This document shows positions 1 through 9,636 of a stretch of DNA of 37,809 nucleotides, one piece after another. Numbering within the stretch: position 1 is the first letter of the stretch; every line of letters starts with the position of its first letter. Both the position numbers and the translations under genes were made by a program. The DNA lies in contig NZ_JBJMQP010000096.1 in the NCBI RefSeq assembly GCF_045802625.1, positions 1 to 37,809 of the forward strand. The letters are read 5' to 3'. The stretch is from Hyalangium sp. Its GTDB lineage: Bacteria > Myxococcota > Myxococcia > Myxococcales > Myxococcaceae. Below the pieces are notes generated by a model that was given only the letters and a program-made list of their open reading frames with translations, ran no database searches and had not been told where the DNA came from.

Positions 1-1
1 C

Positions 2-202
2 GCCGTCTGCGTCATCCCGTCCGTGGTCAGCAACATCATGGGGGTGCGCTTCCAGTTCGGTGGCACCGCGCTCCTCATCGTCGTGGGCGTGGCGCTGGAC
101 ACGGTGCAGCAGATCGAAGGCCACCTCATCAGCCGCAACTACGAGGGCTTCGCCGGGCCTCGCGGTCCGCGCATCCGCGGCCGGGTCCGGGTGGCGGCCT
201 AG
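2..202 (+). CDS. secY: preprotein translocase SecY, C-terminal fragment (5' end outside window)
   Basis: Frame 2 reads ...[45 protein letters not shown]... to TAG at 200-202. This matches the conserved SecY C-terminus and sits upstream of adk, as in spc-alpha clusters. Confidence 0.85.
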   Translation, partial: AVCVIPSVVSNIMGVRFQFGGTALLIVVGVALDTVQQIEGHLISRNYEGFAGPRGPRIRGRVRVAA

Positions 203-218
203 CCAGTAGGTTTTACCA

Positions 219-262
219 GGGCGCCTCTCTCCGGATGGCCGGGGAGGGGCGCCTTGTCGTTC
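219..262 (+). terminator. GC-rich hairpin between secY and adk, followed by a U-containing tail (attenuator or partial terminator)
   Basis: gggcgcctctctccgg (219-234) pairs with ccggggaggggcgcc (239-253), about 15 bp including 2 G-U pairs, with loop atgg. The tail is ttgtcgttc. Confidence 0.3.
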
Positions 263-351
263 AGGGGTAGTCAGACGTGCACGGGGAGCGAGTTCGAGGG
301 TTGGCGCTGCGGGCTTCCCGTGCGTTCCTTCGGAGGAGCTGAGAGGAGCAC

Positions 352-999
352 ATGAACCTGATCCTGTTGGGCCCGCCAAACGCGGGGAAGGGCACCCAGG
401 CGAAGAACCTGTTCCGGGACTATCAGATCCCGCAGATCTCCACTGGGGACATCCTCCGCAAGGCCGTGAAGGAGGGGACGGAGCTGGGCAAGATCGCCGG
501 GCCGCTGATGGCCTCCGGCGCCTACGTCCCCGACGACATCGTCATCGGCATCGTCGAGGAGCGCCTCAAGCAGCCGGACTGCGCCAACGGCTTCGTGCTG
601 GATGGCTTCCCTCGCACCACCCCCCAGGCCGATGCGCTGGAGCGGATGCTGGCGAAGAACGGCAAGAAGATCGACGCCGTCGTCTCGCTCGAGGTGCCGC
701 ACGCCAAGCTCATCGAGCGCGGCTCGGGGCGGCGCTCGTGCCCGGTGGACGGCAGCGTTTACCACGTCTACCAGAACCCCCCGAAGCGGGCGGGGTACTG
801 CGACAAGTGCGGCGCGGGGCTCGTCCAGCGCGAGGATGACCACCCCGAGGTCATCGAGAAGCGGCTCCAGAAGTATGACGCGGAGACGTCGCCCCTGAAG
901 GCCTACTACGCCAAGAAGGGCCTGCTGAAGAGCATCGACGGCGTGGGCACTCCGGACGGCATCTACGCCGAGATCCGGGCGGCCATCGGAAAGGCCTGA
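352..999 (+). CDS. adk: adenylate kinase
   Basis: P-loop GPPNAGKGTQ is present, with an NMP-binding region. The LID carries the Zn motif CPVD...CDKC. Length is 215 aa, in conserved position after secY. Confidence 0.95.
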   Translation: MNLILLGPPNAGKGTQAKNLFRDYQIPQISTGDILRKAVKEGTELGKIAGPLMASGAYVPDDIVIGIVEERLKQPDCANGFVLDGFPRTTPQADALERMLAKNGKKIDAVVSLEVPHAKLIERGSGRRSCPVDGSVYHVYQNPPKRAGYCDKCGAGLVQREDDHPEVIEKRLQKYDAETSPLKAYYAKKGLLKSIDGVGTPDGIYAEIRAAIGKA

Positions 1000-1089
1000 G
1001 TGGAGAGCGGGCGGGCAATGAGGGGCCGCGCTGGGAGTGGCGCCCCCTGGCCTGCGGGTTCTTCCTCGAACACGCCTGTGTAGAAGCCC

Positions 1090-1848
1090 ATGAGCTCCGT
1101 CGAGATCAAAAGCCCGGACGAGATCGCCCTCATGCGAGAGGCCGGCCGGATCGTGTGTGAGATCCTCGACGAGCTCGAGAAGGCCGTGGCCCCCGGCGTC
1201 ACCACGTGGGAGCTGGACGCCCTGGCCGAGAAGCTCATCTACGAGAAGGGGGCCAAGCCGGCGTTCAAGGGCTACCTCGGCTTCCCGTGCTGCCTGTGTG
1301 CGTCCATCAATGATGAAGTCGTACATGGTATCCCCTCGAAGAAGCGGAAGCTGGTCGAGGGCGACCTGATGAAGCTCGACTTTGGGGTGGTGTACCGGGG
1401 CTTCTTTGGGGACTCGGCGCGCACGGTGCCGGTGGGGAAGGTGGGCCAGGAGGCCCAGGCCCTGATTGACGCGACCCGGGAGTCGCTCCAGAAGGGCATC
1501 GCCGCCTCGGTGGCGGGCAACCGGATTGGGGACATTGGCCACGCGGTGCAGAGCTACGTGGAGGCCCGCGGCTACTCGGTGGCCGAGGGCTTCACCGGCC
1601 ACGGGATTGGCCGCAAGCTCCACGAGCAGCCCGATGTGCCCAACGTCGGCGAGCCCGGCTCCGGCATGAAGCTGCGCCCCGGCATGGTGCTGGCCATTGA
1701 ACCCATGGTGAACATGGGGACCTCTGAGGTAGCGCTACTGGAGGACGACTGGACGGCGGTGACGCTCGATCACAAGCTTTCCGCGCACTTCGAGCATACG
1801 GTGCTGATCACCGCCCATGGCCCCGAGGTGCTCACGCGCAGGTCCTGA
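1090..1848 (+). CDS. map: methionine aminopeptidase type I
   Basis: 252 aa with typical MetAP-I pita-bread fold motifs (DFGVVYRGFFGDSART, HGIGRKLHEQP, AIEPM...EHTVLIT). Confidence 0.95.
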   Translation: MSSVEIKSPDEIALMREAGRIVCEILDELEKAVAPGVTTWELDALAEKLIYEKGAKPAFKGYLGFPCCLCASINDEVVHGIPSKKRKLVEGDLMKLDFGVVYRGFFGDSARTVPVGKVGQEAQALIDATRESLQKGIAASVAGNRIGDIGHAVQSYVEARGYSVAEGFTGHGIGRKLHEQPDVPNVGEPGSGMKLRPGMVLAIEPMVNMGTSEVALLEDDWTAVTLDHKLSAHFEHTVLITAHGPEVLTRRS

Positions 1849-1996
1849 TAGGGCCTGACGCGGAGTGAAATACGTTGTTATCATGCGGGGTTGATAGAAG
1901 TTCGGAGTAAGCGCGACACGGTACTTGCCACTTCGGGACCAAAGTGCTATCCCGCCGCGCTTCCAAGAGTTCTGTGGTCCGGAAGAGGGTTTTCGA

Positions 1997-2215
1997 TTGC
2001 CGAAGGATGATTCGATCGAAGTTGAGGGGACCGTGATGGAGCCCCTGCCCAACGCGATGTTCCGTGTGGTGCTGGACAATGGCCACAAGGTGCTCGCGCA
2101 CATCTCCGGCAAGATGCGGATGCACTTCATCCGCATTCTTCCGGGGGACAAGGTCAAGGTCGAGCTGTCGCCCTATGATTTGACCCGTGGACGGATCACG
2201 TATCGGGCGAAGTAG
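1997..2215 (+). CDS. infA: translation initiation factor IF-1 (TTG start)
   Basis: The 72-aa product [72 protein letters not shown] aligns end-to-end with IF-1. SD GGAAGAGGG lies 7 nt upstream of TTG 1997. The track ORF (1925) and the ATG at 2036 give implausible lengths. Confidence 0.85.
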   Translation: MPKDDSIEVEGTVMEPLPNAMFRVVLDNGHKVLAHISGKMRMHFIRILPGDKVKVELSPYDLTRGRITYRAK

Positions 2216-2286
2216 TCGGGTTGCCCTCGCGCCAGGCGGGGGAGCCCTAGCAGGCTTTTCTATTCACGAAGGAAGGAAGTAGCGCC

Positions 2287-2403
2287 ATGAAGGTGCGGGC
2301 GTCCGTCAAGAAGATCTGCGACAAGTGCAAGGTTATCCGCCGTAAGGGCATCGTGCGCGTGATCTGCGCCTCCAACCCTCGGCACAAGCAGCGCCAGGGC
2401 TAA
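2287..2403 (+). CDS. rpmJ: 50S ribosomal protein L36 (38 aa, absent from the ORF track because it is short)
   Basis: Translation is [38 protein letters not shown], with the C-x2-C...C...H zinc ribbon. SD GGAAGGAAG lies 7 nt upstream. Position between infA and rpsM is conserved. Confidence 0.9.
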   Translation: MKVRASVKKICDKCKVIRRKGIVRVICASNPRHKQRQG

Positions 2404-2450
2404 CGGCCACCCCGTTGGCTCCAGACCAACTCAACTAGAAGGAACGAACG

Positions 2451-2837
2451 ATGGCTCGTATCGCCGGTGTCGATCTCCCGCCTGCCAAGCGCGCGGTGAT
2501 CTCGCTTCAGTACATCTACGGGATCGGTAACAAGACCGCCCATGACATCTGCGCCCACGCGGGGATCGAACTCGCCACGCGGACCAAGGACCTGACCGAT
2601 GAGCAGGCCCGCAAGATCCGCGAGTACATCGAGGCGAACCTCAAGGTCGAAGGCGATCTGCGGCGCGAAGTGACGATGAACATCAAGCGCCTGATGGACC
2701 TGGGCTGCTACCGGGGCCTGCGTCACCGCAAGGGCCTGCCCGTCCGCGGCCAGCGCACCCACACCAACGCCCGCACCCGCAAGGGCCCCAAGCGCGGCAT
2801 TGTGCGCGCCAAGCCGGCTGCTCCGGCGGGCCGCTAA
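2451..2837 (+). CDS. rpsM: 30S ribosomal protein S13
   Basis: [10 protein letters not shown]...[10 protein letters not shown]...[24 protein letters not shown] is canonical S13. Confidence 0.95.
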   Translation: MARIAGVDLPPAKRAVISLQYIYGIGNKTAHDICAHAGIELATRTKDLTDEQARKIREYIEANLKVEGDLRREVTMNIKRLMDLGCYRGLRHRKGLPVRGQRTHTNARTRKGPKRGIVRAKPAAPAGR

Positions 2838-2910
2838 CCCGTTCCCCCACCTGCGCCGGTCCTTCACTGTGCCGGCGTCGATTACCTACTTCTGAGGAGC
2901 ACCGACTCTC

Positions 2911-3357
2911 ATGGCTGAAGAAGTCAACACCCCCGCCGCCGCTCCGGCCGCCCCCGAGGCTGGTGGTGAGACCGCCGCGGCGAAGAAGGCCAAGCGCAAG
3001 GGCAAGAAGAACATCCTCAACGGCGTGGTCCACATCCAGTCCACGTTCAACAACACCATCATCACGATCACGGACGTGTCCGGGAACGTGATCTCCTGGT
3101 CCTCCGCTGGCGCCCGTGGCTTCAAGGGCAGCCGCAAGTCGACGCCGTTCGCCGCGCAGGTTGCCGCCGGTGACGCCGCCGCCAAGGCCATGGAGCACGG
3201 GCTGAAGAACGTGACGGTGCTGGTGAAGGGCCCCGGCGCTGGCCGTGAGTCCGCGCTGCGCGCCCTGGCCGCCGCGGGCCTGAAGATCAACCTCATCCGC
3301 GACGTGACGCCCATCCCGCACAACGGCTGCCGTCAGCCCAAGCGCCGCCGCGTCTAA
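2911..3357 (+). CDS. rpsK: 30S ribosomal protein S11 (Ala/Lys-rich N-terminal extension)
   Basis: ...[29 protein letters not shown]...[12 protein letters not shown]...[18 protein letters not shown] is canonical S11. Confidence 0.95.
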   Translation: MAEEVNTPAAAPAAPEAGGETAAAKKAKRKGKKNILNGVVHIQSTFNNTIITITDVSGNVISWSSAGARGFKGSRKSTPFAAQVAAGDAAAKAMEHGLKNVTVLVKGPGAGRESALRALAAAGLKINLIRDVTPIPHNGCRQPKRRRV

Positions 3358-3416
3358 TCCTCCCCCGGGCCGCTCCGCAAGGCGCGGCCCCAGACCACCT
3401 CTCGAAGGAGAAGTCC

Positions 3417-4043
3417 TTGGCTCGTTACACCGCCAGCGCCTGCCGCATCTGCCGGCGCGAGAACCTGAAGATGTACCTGAAGGGCGACCGCTGCTACACG
3501 GACAAGTGTGCCATCGAGCGCCGCCCCTATCCCCCCGGTCAGCACGGCCAGGGCCGCGTGAAGTTCTCCGGCTACGGCGTGCAGCTGCGCGAGAAGCAGA
3601 AGGTCAAGCGCATGTACGGCCTGCTCGAGAGCCAGTTCCGCGGGTACTACCACCGCGCGTCCGCGGCCAAGGGCAAGACGGGTGAGAACCTGCTGCAGCA
3701 GCTCGAGCTCCGCCTGGACAACGTGGTGTTCCGCATGGGCTTCGCGGACACGCGCGCCGAGGCTCGCCAGCTGGTGCGCCATGGCCACTTCACGGTGAAC
3801 GGCAAGCGGGTGAACATCCCGTCGTTCGGCGTGAAGCCGGGCAGCTCCGTCGAGGTGGCGGAGAAGAGCCGCAAGGTGCTCCGCATCTCCGAGGCGCTGG
3901 AGACGGTGGACCGCCGCGGCGTGCCGCAGTGGATCGACCTGGACAAGAAGGGCTTCAAGGGCACGGTGAAGACCGCCCCGAACCGTGAAGACCTGACCAT
4001 GCCGATCCAGGAGCAGCTCATCGTCGAGCTCTACTCCAAGTAA
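3417..4043 (+). CDS. rpsD: 30S ribosomal protein S4 (with N-terminal Cys4 zinc finger)
   Basis: [36 protein letters not shown]... followed by an S4 RNA-binding domain; 208 aa. Confidence 0.95.
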   Translation: MARYTASACRICRRENLKMYLKGDRCYTDKCAIERRPYPPGQHGQGRVKFSGYGVQLREKQKVKRMYGLLESQFRGYYHRASAAKGKTGENLLQQLELRLDNVVFRMGFADTRAEARQLVRHGHFTVNGKRVNIPSFGVKPGSSVEVAEKSRKVLRISEALETVDRRGVPQWIDLDKKGFKGTVKTAPNREDLTMPIQEQLIVELYSK

Positions 4044-4080
4044 GGCGTGAGGCCCCTCGTGGGCCTGATGGCTTGCTTCA

Positions 4081-4121
4081 GGCGCCCTGGCGGCCACCGC
4101 CGGGGCGTCGTGCTTCTTTCT
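4081..4121 (+). terminator. intrinsic-terminator-like hairpin plus U-tract in the rpsD-rpoA spacer
   Basis: Stem ggcgccctggcgg/ccgccggggcgtc is about 13 bp with 2 G-U pairs. It is followed by gtgcttctttctgg. It is flanked by smaller hairpins aggccc-ctcgt-gggcct (4050-4066) and ggccgg-catgt-ccggcc (4122-4138). Confidence 0.35.
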
Positions 4122-4226
4122 GGCCGGCATGTCCGGCCCTGGCTATTTGTCGTACCCCCGCGTGTCCATCCTCCTGCCACCCTGGCGGGTAAGTCGGTGG
4201 TGGCGCACGCTCCGAGGAGCAACACC

Positions 4227-5273
4227 ATGGCTGATACGTTCATCGCGAAGAACTGGCGCGACCTCATCAAGCCTCGCCGGCTGGAAGTCGATCAGGACTC
4301 GCTCACCACCACTTACGGCAAGTTCGTCGCCGAGCCGCTCGAGCGCGGCTTTGGCACCACGCTGGGCAACTCGCTGCGCCGCGTGCTGCTGTCCTCGCTG
4401 CAGGGCTCGGCCATCACCTCGGTGAAGATCGAGGGCGTGGACCACGAGTTCACCACCATCCCCGAGGTGGCCGAGGACGTCACGGACATCGTGCTCAACC
4501 TGAAGGAAGTCCTCCTTCGGATGCACACGAACGAGACGAAGACCCTGCGCATCGAGGCGGAGGGCCCCAAGGAGATCAAGGCCGGTGACATCATCGCCGA
4601 CCAGGATGTGGAGATCCTCAACCCCGGCCACCACATCTGCACGGTGTCCGAGGGCGGCAAGGTGCGCATGGAGCTGTCGTGCCGCCGCGGCCGTGGCTAC
4701 GTGGCCGCCACCGTCAACAAGGTGGCTGGCGCGCCCATCGGCACCATCCCCATCGACTCGCTGTTCTCGCCCATCCGCAAGGTGAACTACCAGGTCACCA
4801 ACGCCCGCGTCGGCCAGGTCACTGACTTCGACAAGCTGGCGCTGGAGGTCTGGACGGACGGCTCCGTGACTCCGCAGGACGCGGTGGCGTACGCGGCGAA
4901 GATCATCAAGGAGCAGCTCACGGTCTTCGTGAACTTCGACGAGACCGAGGAGCCCGTGGTCGCGGAGGCCCCGAAGGAGGAGGCCAAGCTCAACGAGAAC
5001 CTCTTCCGCTCGGTGGATGAGCTGGAGCTCTCGGTGCGCTCGGCCAACTGCCTGCAGCAGGCCAACATCAAGACCATCGGCGATCTGGTGCAGCGCACCG
5101 AGGCCGAGATGCTCAAGACGAAGAACTTCGGCCGCAAGTCTCTGAAGGAGATCAAGGAGATCCTCGCGGAGATGGGCCTGTCGCTCGGCATGAAGCTGGA
5201 GAACTGGCCCCCGAAGCAGGCTCCGGTGGCGGCTCCGGCCGCTCCCGCCGCCAGCGCGGCGCCCAAGGCCTAG
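4227..5273 (+). CDS. rpoA: DNA-directed RNA polymerase alpha subunit
   Basis: Translation from ATG 4227 ([21 protein letters not shown]...) gives 348 aa with alpha NTD, alpha CTD and an Ala/Pro tail. SD GAGGAG lies 7 nt upstream. The track ORF starts 180 nt upstream in the spacer. Confidence 0.93.
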   Translation: MADTFIAKNWRDLIKPRRLEVDQDSLTTTYGKFVAEPLERGFGTTLGNSLRRVLLSSLQGSAITSVKIEGVDHEFTTIPEVAEDVTDIVLNLKEVLLRMHTNETKTLRIEAEGPKEIKAGDIIADQDVEILNPGHHICTVSEGGKVRMELSCRRGRGYVAATVNKVAGAPIGTIPIDSLFSPIRKVNYQVTNARVGQVTDFDKLALEVWTDGSVTPQDAVAYAAKIIKEQLTVFVNFDETEEPVVAEAPKEEAKLNENLFRSVDELELSVRSANCLQQANIKTIGDLVQRTEAEMLKTKNFGRKSLKEIKEILAEMGLSLGMKLENWPPKQAPVAAPAAPAASAAPKA

Positions 5274-5447
5274 GCCTTCCCGTAGTGCCTCGATCCGCGC
5301 CGTGACACGGCCTCACGCGGCGCGGGCAGAGGGGGCCCCCAAAAAGGGCCCATTGGCAATGGCGAGCCTCGTGTCAGGCCCGCTCTTCCCACCCGGTACC
5401 TGATACGGCCGGAGTGGTGGAGCCCGAAAGGCTCCGGAGTCGCGGAC

Positions 5448-5855
5448 ATGCGTCACAAGATTGGACAGAGGAAGCTCCACCGCACCACGAGCCACCGGCT
5501 CGCGATGCTCAACAACATGGTCACCTCGCTGCTGGAGCACGAGGCCATCCGCACCACCGTCCCCAAGGCCAAGGAGGCCCGGAAGATGGCGGAGCGGATC
5601 ATCACCCTCGGCAAGCGCGGCGGTCTGGCCAATGTCCGGCTCGCGGCTCGCATCGTGAAGGACAAGAACGTCCTCCAGAAGGTGTTCAGCCAGTACAAGG
5701 ACCGCTACGCCACCCGCAACGGTGGCTACACCCGGATCATCAAGCTCGGCTTCCGCCGTGGTGACGCGGCCGAGATGGCCCTGCTGGAGCTGGTGGATCG
5801 CCCGGCGAAGGCCGCGGCCGCCGAGGGTGGCGAGGCCGAGGAGAAGAGCGAGTAG
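5448..5855 (+). CDS. rplQ: 50S ribosomal protein L17
   Basis: [37 protein letters not shown]... is canonical L17. A hairpin cggagcc-cgaaa-ggctccg lies about 25 nt upstream. Confidence 0.95.
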   Translation: MRHKIGQRKLHRTTSHRLAMLNNMVTSLLEHEAIRTTVPKAKEARKMAERIITLGKRGGLANVRLAARIVKDKNVLQKVFSQYKDRYATRNGGYTRIIKLGFRRGDAAEMALLELVDRPAKAAAAEGGEAEEKSE

Positions 5856-5935
5856 TCCGCGCTCTGAAGTGAAGTGCTCACGGAGCGTCCTTCCCAGCCG
5901 GGGAGGGCGCTCTCGTGCTTTGGGGGCCTGGAGCG

Positions 5936-6604
5936 CTACTCCAGCGGCTGGCCGTCCTTCACCAACTCCGCGTTGCCGTGCTTGGTGCGCATCTCCGCGC
6001 TGGTGAAGCGCTGATCGGCGGGCATGGACCCTTTGGAGCTCAGCAGGCTCTTGGGCGTGAGGGTGAAGATGCTGCCGGCGTCGATCTTCTCCACCGTCGC
6101 GCGGTACGAGCCATTCACCACGAAGACGACGTCCTCCCAGGGATCGTTGGTGGTGTTGGTGACGGTCAGGCTGGGCGCGGCCTTGGGGCGATCCGCGTTG
6201 GGCAGCACCGTGACGCGCGCGCCGAGATCCGCTGTCTTCACGCCCCGGCCCGGGCACGCGATGATGATGCTCACCAGGGAGATGAAGATCCAACCGCCGA
6301 CGATCCCCGCCTTGGCCTTGACGAACCAGTCCGAGCCGCGGAAGTCCTGGGCCAGCTCCTTGACGATGGAGAGGGCGTTGAGGAACTGGTTGGAGGCCTC
6401 GGAGGCGAGGCGCTTGCTCACCTTGCCGTCGGGCTTCTTCTCGACCGGGGCCGCGCGCGCGGCGCTGATCGCCCGCATGCCGCCTGGGTTCGTCACCGTG
6501 CGGGGGATGCCGGGGCTGGAGACCGTGCGCGGAGGAGCCCCGGAGGACTCGGGGCCCTCCGTCGGCGGAGCGCTCTGTTCAGGCACCTTGCGACCTTCGC
6601 TCAT
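5936..6604 (-). CDS. hypothetical single-pass membrane protein with a Pro-rich N-terminus
   Basis: ATG start at 6604 and high GC3. One TM helix, IVGGWIFISLVSIIIAC. Lies 36 nt downstream of the TPR gene on the same strand. Confidence 0.6.
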   Translation of the reverse strand: MSEGRKVPEQSAPPTEGPESSGAPPRTVSSPGIPRTVTNPGGMRAISAARAAPVEKKPDGKVSKRLASEASNQFLNALSIVKELAQDFRGSDWFVKAKAGIVGGWIFISLVSIIIACPGRGVKTADLGARVTVLPNADRPKAAPSLTVTNTTNDPWEDVVFVVNGSYRATVEKIDAGSIFTLTPKSLLSSKGSMPADQRFTSAEMRTKHGNAELVKDGQPLE

Positions 6605-6640
6605 CGGACACCGAGTGTAGAGGCGAGGAGCGCCCGGTGG

Positions 6641-8029
6641 CTACTCCTGAGCCTTGATCTGTTGCAGCGCCCGCGAGGCCAGGGCGTTGTCCGGCTGCTC
6701 CTCCAGGACCTTGAGGAGCCACTTCTCCGCCTCCTGGCGCGACGCCTTGCGCTCCTCCGGCTTGCGGGCCTTCAGCGTCTCCTCGGTGAAGAGCAGCCCC
6801 AGGCGCAGGGCGAACTCCATGTTCTCCGGGTCTTTTTCGACCACACGCCGCAGCTCGCGCTCGGCCGCCGGGAAGTCACCCTCCAACTGGTACACCATGG
6901 CCAGCTTGCCCCGAGGCGGGGCCGCCTCCGGCTGCAGCGAGGTGAGGACGCGGAAGGCCTCGCGGGCGGCGGGGATGTCCCGTCGATCCAGGCTCAGGTC
7001 TCCGAGCCGGGACCAGGCGTCGTCCAGCAGCGGGTTGAAGGCCACGGCCTTGGTGAAGGCCTCGCGGGCCGCGTCCGCGCGCTGGCGCGAGAGGTACAGC
7101 TCGCCCAGATAGAACTGGTTCTTGCCGTCCCGGGGCGCCAGCTCGATGGCCTGCTTGAACTCGTCCACGGCCCGGCCCGCGTCATCCAGCCGCTCGTAGG
7201 CCAGCCCCAGCAGCGCGTGCACCACGGCCAGGTCCGGGTAGTCGTGGAGGATCTCCTCGAAGGCGAGGATGGCCTGCTGCGGAACATCCATCTCCTGGAG
7301 GAAGCGCATGCCCTCCTCGAGCTTGCCCTGGGCCGCCTTCGGGAAGCCGGCGAACGGGTCGGCGATCTGGTTCATCAGCGCCCGGGCCGTCGTGACTTCA
7401 GCGGGAGTGGGAGAGGCTCGGACGACGGCGCTCAGCGCGGCCACGGCGCCCGCGCTGTCCCCGGTGCGGTGCAGCGCCTTGGCCAGCGGGAGCCGGATGG
7501 CGGCGCGATCCGGAGTCAGCTCGGCGGCGCGGCGCAGCGGGCCCAGCGCGGCGGCGTACTGCTCGGACTCCAGGTAGGCGATGCCGAGGCGGTAGTGGAA
7601 CTCGGCCTCGCTGGGGGCCATGGCGATGGCGCGCTCGAAGGCGGCCACCGCGGGCGCTCCGGCGTCCGAGGACCGGGAGAAGTAGGCCAGCCCGAGCATG
7701 TAGTGGTTCACCGCTCGCTCGGACTGGGCGTTGCGGCGCTGGAGCTCCGCGATCCACGCATCCGTGTGGCCCGCCTTCACCTGGGCCTCGGTGAGCGCCC
7801 GGGCGATGTCGAGATCCTCCGGGCTCTTCGCGTGCAGCTCCTGCAGCAACGGCAGGGCTTTGGCGGGCTGGTTCTCTTCCAGATAGACGTGGGCCTGCTC
7901 GCGAGGGCTGAGCACTCGCTCCATCGAGGAGCCATGGCTGCAGCCGGTGAGGAGGCTCCAGCCGAGCACGGCGGCCAGGGCTTGCCGGCGGAGCAGGGAG
8001 ACGCGGAGGGTCGGGAGCTTCACGTTCAA
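6641..8029 (-). CDS. TPR-repeat lipoprotein
   Basis: Signal peptide with lipobox LLTGC, then about 10 TPR repeats. The start is TTG 8029 or GTG 8023. plsC ends 2 nt upstream. Confidence 0.75.
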   Translation of the reverse strand: MNVKLPTLRVSLLRRQALAAVLGWSLLTGCSHGSSMERVLSPREQAHVYLEENQPAKALPLLQELHAKSPEDLDIARALTEAQVKAGHTDAWIAELQRRNAQSERAVNHYMLGLAYFSRSSDAGAPAVAAFERAIAMAPSEAEFHYRLGIAYLESEQYAAALGPLRRAAELTPDRAAIRLPLAKALHRTGDSAGAVAALSAVVRASPTPAEVTTARALMNQIADPFAGFPKAAQGKLEEGMRFLQEMDVPQQAILAFEEILHDYPDLAVVHALLGLAYERLDDAGRAVDEFKQAIELAPRDGKNQFYLGELYLSRQRADAAREAFTKAVAFNPLLDDAWSRLGDLSLDRRDIPAAREAFRVLTSLQPEAAPPRGKLAMVYQLEGDFPAAERELRRVVEKDPENMEFALRLGLLFTEETLKARKPEERKASRQEAEKWLLKVLEEQPDNALASRALQQIKAQE

Positions 8030-8031
8030 GG

Positions 8032-8826
8032 TCAGGAGGACTTCCGGGCGGGAGGGGACGGTTGGCCGATGCCTTCGTAACCCGCGGCGGCGACGGCGTC
8101 TTCAACGTCTCCGCCCAGGCCGCCGAGCTCCACGTTCTGCTGGATGATCTGCGCGCGGATGGCGCGAGCGAGCCCCTCGCGGTCATTCGCGGCGAAGCCC
8201 GAGGTGTCGATGGGCTTGCCGATCTTCACGTGCACGGGGCCGGGGACGATGTTCCAGGAGTTCTTGGGCATGATCTTCCGAGTGCCCTCGATGGTGACGG
8301 GGCAGATGGGCACGCGGGCCTCGAGGGCCAGCGCGAACGGCCCCTTCTTGAAGGGGAGGATGCGCCCGTCCGGCGAGCGGGTGCCCTCCGGGTAGAGGAA
8401 GATGCTGGTGCCGCCGCGGATCTTCCGCCCCGCCGCCTGCAGCGAGCTGATGGCCTTCTGCCGGTTGGAGCGGTTGACGAAGATGTGCCCGGCGATCCAG
8501 AGGTACCAGCCGATGAACGGCACCCACTTGAGCTGGCTCTTGGCCACGTAGCGGAAGTTGGCCGGCACGGCGACGAAGAGCGCGGGGATGTCCAGGGTGG
8601 ACTGGTGGTTGGCCACGTAGATGGTGGGCCGCTTCGGGTCCACGTGCTCCAGGCCCTCCACCACCATCTGGGCGCCGCCGGCCCACAGCAGCACGGGCGA
8701 CCACAGGTGACGGCAGATCCACAGCGTGGAGTCCCCGCCGAGCACGAGTGAAGTCAGGATGGTGAACGGGAAGAGGACCGCGGTCCACGCCCCCGCTATG
8801 AACATGCAGAAGAGCTTACGTCCCAT
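8032..8826 (-). CDS. plsC: 1-acyl-sn-glycerol-3-phosphate acyltransferase
   Basis: HxxxxD motif NHQSTLD, then FVAK, YPEGTRS and PICPVTIEG blocks; N-terminal TM helix. Start taken at ATG 8826 (MGRKLFCMF...). The 39-codon upstream extension in the track ORF has a non-protein-like composition. Confidence 0.8.
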   Translation of the reverse strand: MGRKLFCMFIAGAWTAVLFPFTILTSLVLGGDSTLWICRHLWSPVLLWAGGAQMVVEGLEHVDPKRPTIYVANHQSTLDIPALFVAVPANFRYVAKSQLKWVPFIGWYLWIAGHIFVNRSNRQKAISSLQAAGRKIRGGTSIFLYPEGTRSPDGRILPFKKGPFALALEARVPICPVTIEGTRKIMPKNSWNIVPGPVHVKIGKPIDTSGFAANDREGLARAIRAQIIQQNVELGGLGGDVEDAVAAAGYEGIGQPSPPARKSS

Positions 8827-9021
8827 GGGAGATCTTGAAGTGAGAGCCTGCCATACCCGGAGCGTGCGCGTGGGCTCGTTGATCGAGGTGCGCTCACGAA
8901 GCCTCCTTGGCGCCCCGGAGGGCTCCCGGGCGAGCAGAGGCATTCGGCGGGTTCTAGCATGGGTGGCCCCCGCCTTTGGTGCTGGTATGCGCCGCCCGGT
9001 GGGGCTACAAGCAGGGGTGGC

Positions 9022-9636
9022 GTGGCCAGGAAAAAGTTCATCGCCGTCGCGGGTAACATCGGCGCCGGCAAGACAGAGCTCACTTCGTTCCTCTGCCGCA
9101 AGTACGGGCTGACGCCGTACTTCGAGCCGAATGATCAGAACCCCTACCTGGCCGACTTCTACAAGGACATGAAGAAGTGGGCCTTCCGCTCACAGATCTT
9201 CTTCCTGACCCACAAGTTCCGGCTGCACCGGGAGATGGAGCGCCAGGCCGGCACGGTGCTGCAGGACCGCACCATCTACGAGGACGCGGAGATCTTCGCC
9301 AAGAACCTGCACCGCCAGCGCTTCATCGACCGGCGGGACTGGCAGATGTACCGGGAGCTGTACGAGACGATCTCGCAGGTGCTGACCCCACCGGACCTGA
9401 TGATCTACCTGCGCTGCCCGGTGCAGACGCTCAAGGAGCGCATCCGCCTGCGCGGCCGCTCCATGGAGAAGGACATCCCCACGCTCTACCTCAAGCGCCT
9501 CAACGCCCTGTATGAGGAATGGTTCAGTAACTACAAGATGTCCCCTGTGCTGGTTCTCCCGACGGACAAGCTGGACTACCTGACCAACCTGGTGGATCGC
9601 GTGGATCTGTTCCGCCAGATCGAGAAGCACCTGTGA
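9022..9636 (+). CDS. deoxynucleoside kinase (dAK/dGK/dCK family)
   Basis: P-loop VAGNIGAGKT occurs 5 aa after the GTG 9022 start; SD AGGGG. dNK-family blocks (ERS-like, RxxY, ...). ATG 8959 would add 21 W/G/P-rich residues, so it is less likely. Confidence 0.75.
   Translation: MARKKFIAVAGNIGAGKTELTSFLCRKYGLTPYFEPNDQNPYLADFYKDMKKWAFRSQIFFLTHKFRLHREMERQAGTVLQDRTIYEDAEIFAKNLHRQRFIDRRDWQMYRELYETISQVLTPPDLMIYLRCPVQTLKERIRLRGRSMEKDIPTLYLKRLNALYEEWFSNYKMSPVLVLPTDKLDYLTNLVDRVDLFRQIEKHL

Noticed and set aside
271-1623. 450-aa ORF on the - strand overlapping adk and map
   Set aside because: It is antisense to two unambiguous housekeeping genes.
5915-8080. 721-aa ORF on the + strand
   Set aside because: It is antisense to the TPR lipoprotein and plsC genes. 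The translation is low-complexity (R/G/A/L-rich) with no domain. Such long open frames are typical of high-GC antisense strands.
8827-8943. N-terminal extensions of track ORFs (plsC, PAD-like at 16369, phaB at 24053, phaC at 22964, lipase at 29530)
   Set aside because: The extensions begin at TTG or GTG and have non-protein-like composition. They overlap neighbouring genes or lack an RBS. Internal ATG codons with good SD sequences match the family N-termini.
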